NCBI GenBank assembly: GCA_964453985.1
Contig: CAYVQB010000001.1
Coordinates: 1-57,861, forward strand
DNA from: an uncultured Pseudomonadota bacterium
GTDB taxonomy: Bacteria > Babelota > Babeliae > Babelales > UASB340
Length of the DNA stretch: 57,861 nucleotides
Direction: 5' to 3'
The translations under genes and the position numbers were made by a program. The notes beneath the pieces are model-generated. The model was not told the origin of the DNA, did no database searches, and worked only from the letters and a program-made list of their open reading frames with translations. This document shows, in pieces, positions 54,064 to 57,861 of the stretch; the stretch's first letter is position 1, and each line of letters opens with the position of its first letter.

Positions 54064-56247
54064 ATGCGTGTTTATGAAATAGCTCGAGATAAAAATGTAT
54101 CAAGTAGGCAGATGTTGGATTTGCTGAAGGAAGCCGGCATAGAGCTTGCTAGTCATATGTCTGTTGTTCCTGAAGAAGCTTTTGCGCATATTGATAAAGC
54201 TTTTTCTCCAAAGAAAACAGAAAAGAAGTCTGTTGAGAAAAAAGCAGAAAAAAAAACTGAAATTAAATCTAAACCTAAATCAGAACCTAAACCTGTAGAA
54301 AAAACCGAAACAAAAAAAGTGATAAGCAAAGAAGAAATTAAGCCTAAAGTTGTTGTTAGTCCTGTTTTAAATCCAAAGCCTATTCTTAAGCCAAAAGAAG
54401 ATCTGAAGACCACGGCTCGCCCTGTTGCTCACGTAAGGGCAGATTCTCGCTTTAGAAGGTATGCGCCAGAGTCTCAAGCGAAGCAAAGTGTAACAGAGAT
54501 TGAAGTTTCTGAAGGGAAGCCTCTTTTTCAGGTAGCTGAAATGATGGGAAAGTCTCAAGGAGACTTAATCTTAGCATTGCTAAGAAAAGGCATGGCTTGC
54601 AATAGAAATAATATTTTATCTGTAGACGTTATCTCTACTCTTGGTGGTTTATTCGGAATAAATGTTATAGCTAAAGAAAAAAATATTATTGCTGACAAAG
54701 ATTCTGCTGCAATAGAGAAATCTCGTAACGGTGTTACTAGGTGGCCAATTGTTGTTGTTATGGGACACGTTGATCATGGCAAGACAACGTTGCTCGACTT
54801 TGTTAGAAAGCAAAATACTGCTTCAAGGGAAAAGGGTGGCATTACTCAGCACTTAGGCGCTTATCAGGTTAGCAGTCATCACGGAGACATTGTTTTTCTA
54901 GATACTCCTGGTCATGAGGCTTTTTCTTTCTTGCGTTCTCGTGGTGCAAAAATTACAGACGTTGCTATTTTGGTTGTTGCTGTTGATGATGGTATAAAGC
55001 CTCAGACTATTGAAGCTATAAAGCATGCTAAGAATGCGAATGTTCCTATTATCGTTGCAGCGAATAAAATTGATAAGCTTGAATCTTATGATGCGGCTCT
55101 CCAGACGTTAAAGCGTCAATTAGCAGAGCATGATCTTGTTGTTGAAGATTGGGGTGGAGACATTGTTTGCGTTCCTATTTCTGCAAAAACAGGTAAGGGC
55201 GTAGACGAGTTGTTAGAAATGGTTGTTCTTCAATCTGAAATGATGGATCTCAAAGCTGATCCAGAACTTCCAGGTAAAGCTTTTGTTTTAGAATCGAAAA
55301 TTGAAAAAGGCTATGGACCTGTTGCTACCGTAATTTGTCATGAAGGATCTATTAAAAAAGGTGATTATTTTGTTTGCGGTTCCGGCACGGGTAAAGTACG
55401 TCTATTAATAAACAGCTTAGGGCAAAAAGTTGCTCAGGCTGGACCTTCTATTCCAGTAAAGATTGTTGGTTTTGATAAATTTGCAGAAATTGGTGATTGG
55501 TTAACTATAGTTTCTGCTGAAGAATATTCAAAAGCTAAGTCTGGCAAGGATGCTCGGGTTTATACAAAATTACCTGCTGCTATACAAGCTATGGACATGG
55601 TGGGCAAAGAAAAAGAAAAGAAGATAAATTTAATTATTAAGACTGATGCTCGTGGGTCTAGGGAGGCCGTCGAAGGTTCTTTAGCAAAATTATCCAAGAA
55701 AATGAAAAAGGGATATCCTAATTTAAACATAATTTATAGTGATGTTGGGGATATTTCTGAGAAAGATATTGAGCTTTCTATTACCGCAAATGCTTTAATC
55801 CTAGGTCTTCATGTTAAGGTGGAGCGAAATGCTGTTTCGTTTGCAAAAGACAAATCTGTAAATATTAAGTTATTCGATATTATTTATCACTTAGTAGAAT
55901 TTTTACAGGGCTACCTAGAAATGAGAAAAGAAGTAAAGACAATCTCTAAGCGTGTTGCTCTGCTTGAAGTAAGAAAAGTTTTCAATATTAAGAAAATAGG
56001 TGTTGTTGCTGGTTGTTACGTAAAAGAAGGCGTTATTACCAAGGGTAATAAGGTTGTTTGCGTAAGAGATAAGCAAGAAATTGGCGAAGGCAAGATTAAG
56101 AGCTTACAGAGAGATACCAAGACAGTTAAAGAAGTCCATGCAGGTTTTGAGTGTGGATTTATTTGCGAAGGCTTTAATGATTGGCAAGAGGGCGATGCTG
56201 TTGTTGTTTATTCTGTATCAAAAGAGCCTGTAGGTGAAAATAACTAA
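54064..56247 (+). CDS. infB: Translation initiation factor IF-2
   Basis: G domain VVVMGHVDHGKTTLLD, DTPGHEAF, NKID. Lys/Glu-rich N-terminal region. Follows nusA. Confidence 0.95.
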   Translation: MRVYEIARDKNVSSRQMLDLLKEAGIELASHMSVVPEEAFAHIDKAFSPKKTEKKSVEKKAEKKTEIKSKPKSEPKPVEKTETKKVISKEEIKPKVVVSPVLNPKPILKPKEDLKTTARPVAHVRADSRFRRYAPESQAKQSVTEIEVSEGKPLFQVAEMMGKSQGDLILALLRKGMACNRNNILSVDVISTLGGLFGINVIAKEKNIIADKDSAAIEKSRNGVTRWPIVVVMGHVDHGKTTLLDFVRKQNTASREKGGITQHLGAYQVSSHHGDIVFLDTPGHEAFSFLRSRGAKITDVAILVVAVDDGIKPQTIEAIKHAKNANVPIIVAANKIDKLESYDAALQTLKRQLAEHDLVVEDWGGDIVCVPISAKTGKGVDELLEMVVLQSEMMDLKADPELPGKAFVLESKIEKGYGPVATVICHEGSIKKGDYFVCGSGTGKVRLLINSLGQKVAQAGPSIPVKIVGFDKFAEIGDWLTIVSAEEYSKAKSGKDARVYTKLPAAIQAMDMVGKEKEKKINLIIKTDARGSREAVEGSLAKLSKKMKKGYPNLNIIYSDVGDISEKDIELSITANALILGLHVKVERNAVSFAKDKSVNIKLFDIIYHLVEFLQGYLEMRKEVKTISKRVALLEVRKVFNIKKIGVVAGCYVKEGVITKGNKVVCVRDKQEIGEGKIKSLQRDTKTVKEVHAGFECGFICEGFNDWQEGDAVVVYSVSKEPVGENN

Positions 56248-57295
56248 TCTGTGGCAAAAGAGTATTAGATTTAAGACTCTTTCTGTTTTTGAAAAAATAG
56301 TATTTTCCTTTCTATGTCTTTTAGAAAAGTTTTATAAATTAGGGTTTATTGTTGTTCTTTTTTTAAAAAGAAATAGCAATAAACCCTTTTTGGGTTTTAA
56401 AACTTTTTCTGTTGGCAATCTTTCTGTTGGGGGAACCGGCAAGTCTGTTTTTGTTCAATTTTTGGTGGATAGTCTCAAAAATAAAGAAAAAAAGTGTGCT
56501 GTTGTTTTACGTGGCTATAGAAGTAAAATAGAAAAAACTAAAAAAAGTTATTTAATTTCTGATGAGAAAAATATTTTTTATGAGCCTGAGTTTTGTGGAG
56601 ATGAGGCTTTTATGTTGGCTCAAAATTTAAAAATCCCTGTTGTTGTGGGTCAGGACAGGGGCAAGTCATGTCTTTTGTTAAAAGGAAAAAAAATAGATTC
56701 TGTTATTCTTGATGATGCTTATCAGAATTATCATGTAAAAAAAGATGTTGAAATTTTATTATTAGATGCTAAAAAACCATTTGAAAATGGGCATTGTTTG
56801 CCTGCTGGAAGATTAAGAGAGAAAGATTATTCTCGCGCTGATGTTATTATTTTGACGCATGCTGACAACGTTTCACAAGAACAAATATTTAAAATAAAAA
56901 ACAACTTGCTAAAAGATTTTGATCCCGAGCGCATTTTTGCTGGACGCCATAAAGCAGAAGATCTAAGCCTTGCTGGGGGTAATTACCTCGCCTTTGCCGG
57001 CATAGGCACATTCCAATATTTTCTTCAGAGCGTAAAAGAATCTAATATTAATATTACAAAGACCTTAGAGTATCCAGATCATCATAGCTATTCAAAAAAA
57101 GATTTAGATAATATCTTAAGCTTAATTAAAGATAATGCGCTTGACGGAGCAATAACTACACAGAAAGACTGGTGTAAGTTATTACCTTTGATTAAAAAGC
57201 TTCCTAAAGAATTAAATGTACCTATTCACGTTCTTAATATTAATTTTGAATTTTTATCAAAAAGCGATCATAATAAATTCTTGAAGCTGATTTAA
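56234..57295 (+). CDS. lpxK: Tetraacyldisaccharide 4'-kinase
   Basis: P-loop VGNLSVGGTGKS, RGY, ILDDAYQ blocks. The start is uncertain (GTG 56234 overlaps the infB end). Confidence 0.85.
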   Translation: MKITNLWQKSIRFKTLSVFEKIVFSFLCLLEKFYKLGFIVVLFLKRNSNKPFLGFKTFSVGNLSVGGTGKSVFVQFLVDSLKNKEKKCAVVLRGYRSKIEKTKKSYLISDEKNIFYEPEFCGDEAFMLAQNLKIPVVVGQDRGKSCLLLKGKKIDSVILDDAYQNYHVKKDVEILLLDAKKPFENGHCLPAGRLREKDYSRADVIILTHADNVSQEQIFKIKNNLLKDFDPERIFAGRHKAEDLSLAGGNYLAFAGIGTFQYFLQSVKESNINITKTLEYPDHHSYSKKDLDNILSLIKDNALDGAITTQKDWCKLLPLIKKLPKELNVPIHVLNINFEFLSKSDHNKFLKLI

Positions 57296-57321
57296 AAAAG
57301 AGGTTTTTAGGAGATCTGGAG

Positions 57322-57861
57322 ATGGAATTTGTATTAGTTCGTTGTTTATTTACTTTTATTTTTTCTTCTTTATTAACGTTTTATTTTGTTCCCATGATGA
57401 TCAATGCCGCCTTTAGGTTCAATATTTTAGATAGACCTGACGGTAAAATTAAAAAACATGAAAAAGCAACTCCATATCTAGGTGGATTGGCTGTATATAT
57501 CTCTTTTATTGCCACCTTGGCCGTTGCGTATCCTTTCGAAAATCAAATTTTATGGTTACTTTTAGGGGTTACTTTTTTGCTTTTTGTTGGGCTTGTGGAT
57601 GACATGAAATGTCTGAAGCCATACCAAAAGCTTTTTGGGCAATTTATTGCAGTTATATGTTTTTTAAAAGGTGGATTTGCTTTAAAATCAAATTTTTTTT
57701 CAGATTTTTTTAATCTATTTGCATCAAGCTTTTGGATGCTTTTAATTATAAATGCATTTAACTTAGTTGACGTTATGGATGGACTTTCTTCGGTGTTAGC
57801 TATAATCGCGAGTTTATCTTTTTTTGTCATAGCTATTATTTTTAAACAATACGCATTAAGT
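57322..57861 (+). CDS. Polyprenyl-phosphate N-acetylhexosamine-1-phosphate transferase (GT4, WecA/MraY superfamily); the 3' end lies outside the window
   Basis: ATG 57322, open to the window end (not in the ORF track). ILDRPDGKIKKHEKATPYLGG, VGLVDD and NAFNLVDVMDGL motifs. Confidence 0.7.
   Translation, partial: MEFVLVRCLFTFIFSSLLTFYFVPMMINAAFRFNILDRPDGKIKKHEKATPYLGGLAVYISFIATLAVAYPFENQILWLLLGVTFLLFVGLVDDMKCLKPYQKLFGQFIAVICFLKGGFALKSNFFSDFFNLFASSFWMLLIINAFNLVDVMDGLSSVLAIIASLSFFVIAIIFKQYALS

Noticed and set aside
57543-57830. 95-aa minus-strand ORF at the window end
   Set aside because: It is antisense to an open + frame carrying clear WecA/MraY-superfamily motifs (NAFNLVDVMDGL).

Overview
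This is an AT-rich window (roughly 30-35% G+C by eye, locally ~45% in nusA-infB) from the chromosome of a diderm bacterium. TGA is used as a stop codon, so the genetic code is standard. LpxK, MlaEF, two secretins and beta-barrel OMP candidates indicate an outer membrane; MurE and MreB indicate peptidoglycan. Housekeeping genes (ATP synthase atpE-F'-F-H-A, zwf-gnd, eno, tpiA-secG, yajC, nusA-infB, recD2, dtd, family-4 udg) are mixed with signal-peptide-bearing, eukaryote-like or orphan proteins. These include ankyrin-like repeats, a RING-H2 finger, an RS-like tail, an NLS-like basic tail, a deoxynucleoside kinase and a clostripain-like protease. That mix suggests a host-dependent or intracellular lifestyle, perhaps Dependentiae/TM6-like, but this is inference only. 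I found no rRNA, tRNA, CRISPR array, transposase or integrase. Four observations stand out. (1) Two adjacent signal-peptide + Hint-domain genes have lost the N-terminal nucleophile but keep the terminal His-Asn; one is followed by an overlapping small cytoplasmic ORF. Together they look like a minimal polymorphic toxin/immunity-type cassette, and it abuts a 3'-truncated comEC. (2) A T2SS-like cluster reads gspC-secretin-gspL-like-gspM-like-second secretin. Both secretins carry a shared non-canonical C-terminal extension, and the cluster is preceded by MoxR and a degenerate sigma54-activator-like response regulator. (3) An orphan oriC-like locus lies between udg and nusA: nine DnaA-box 9-mers in two inverted arrays, with a perfect 35-bp inverted repeat around a GC-rich 103-bp core, plus an AT-rich tract and a strand-composition switch. 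(4) An SbtA/SbtB bicarbonate-transporter pair sits next to eno. All domain calls come from motif recognition by eye; no searches were run.
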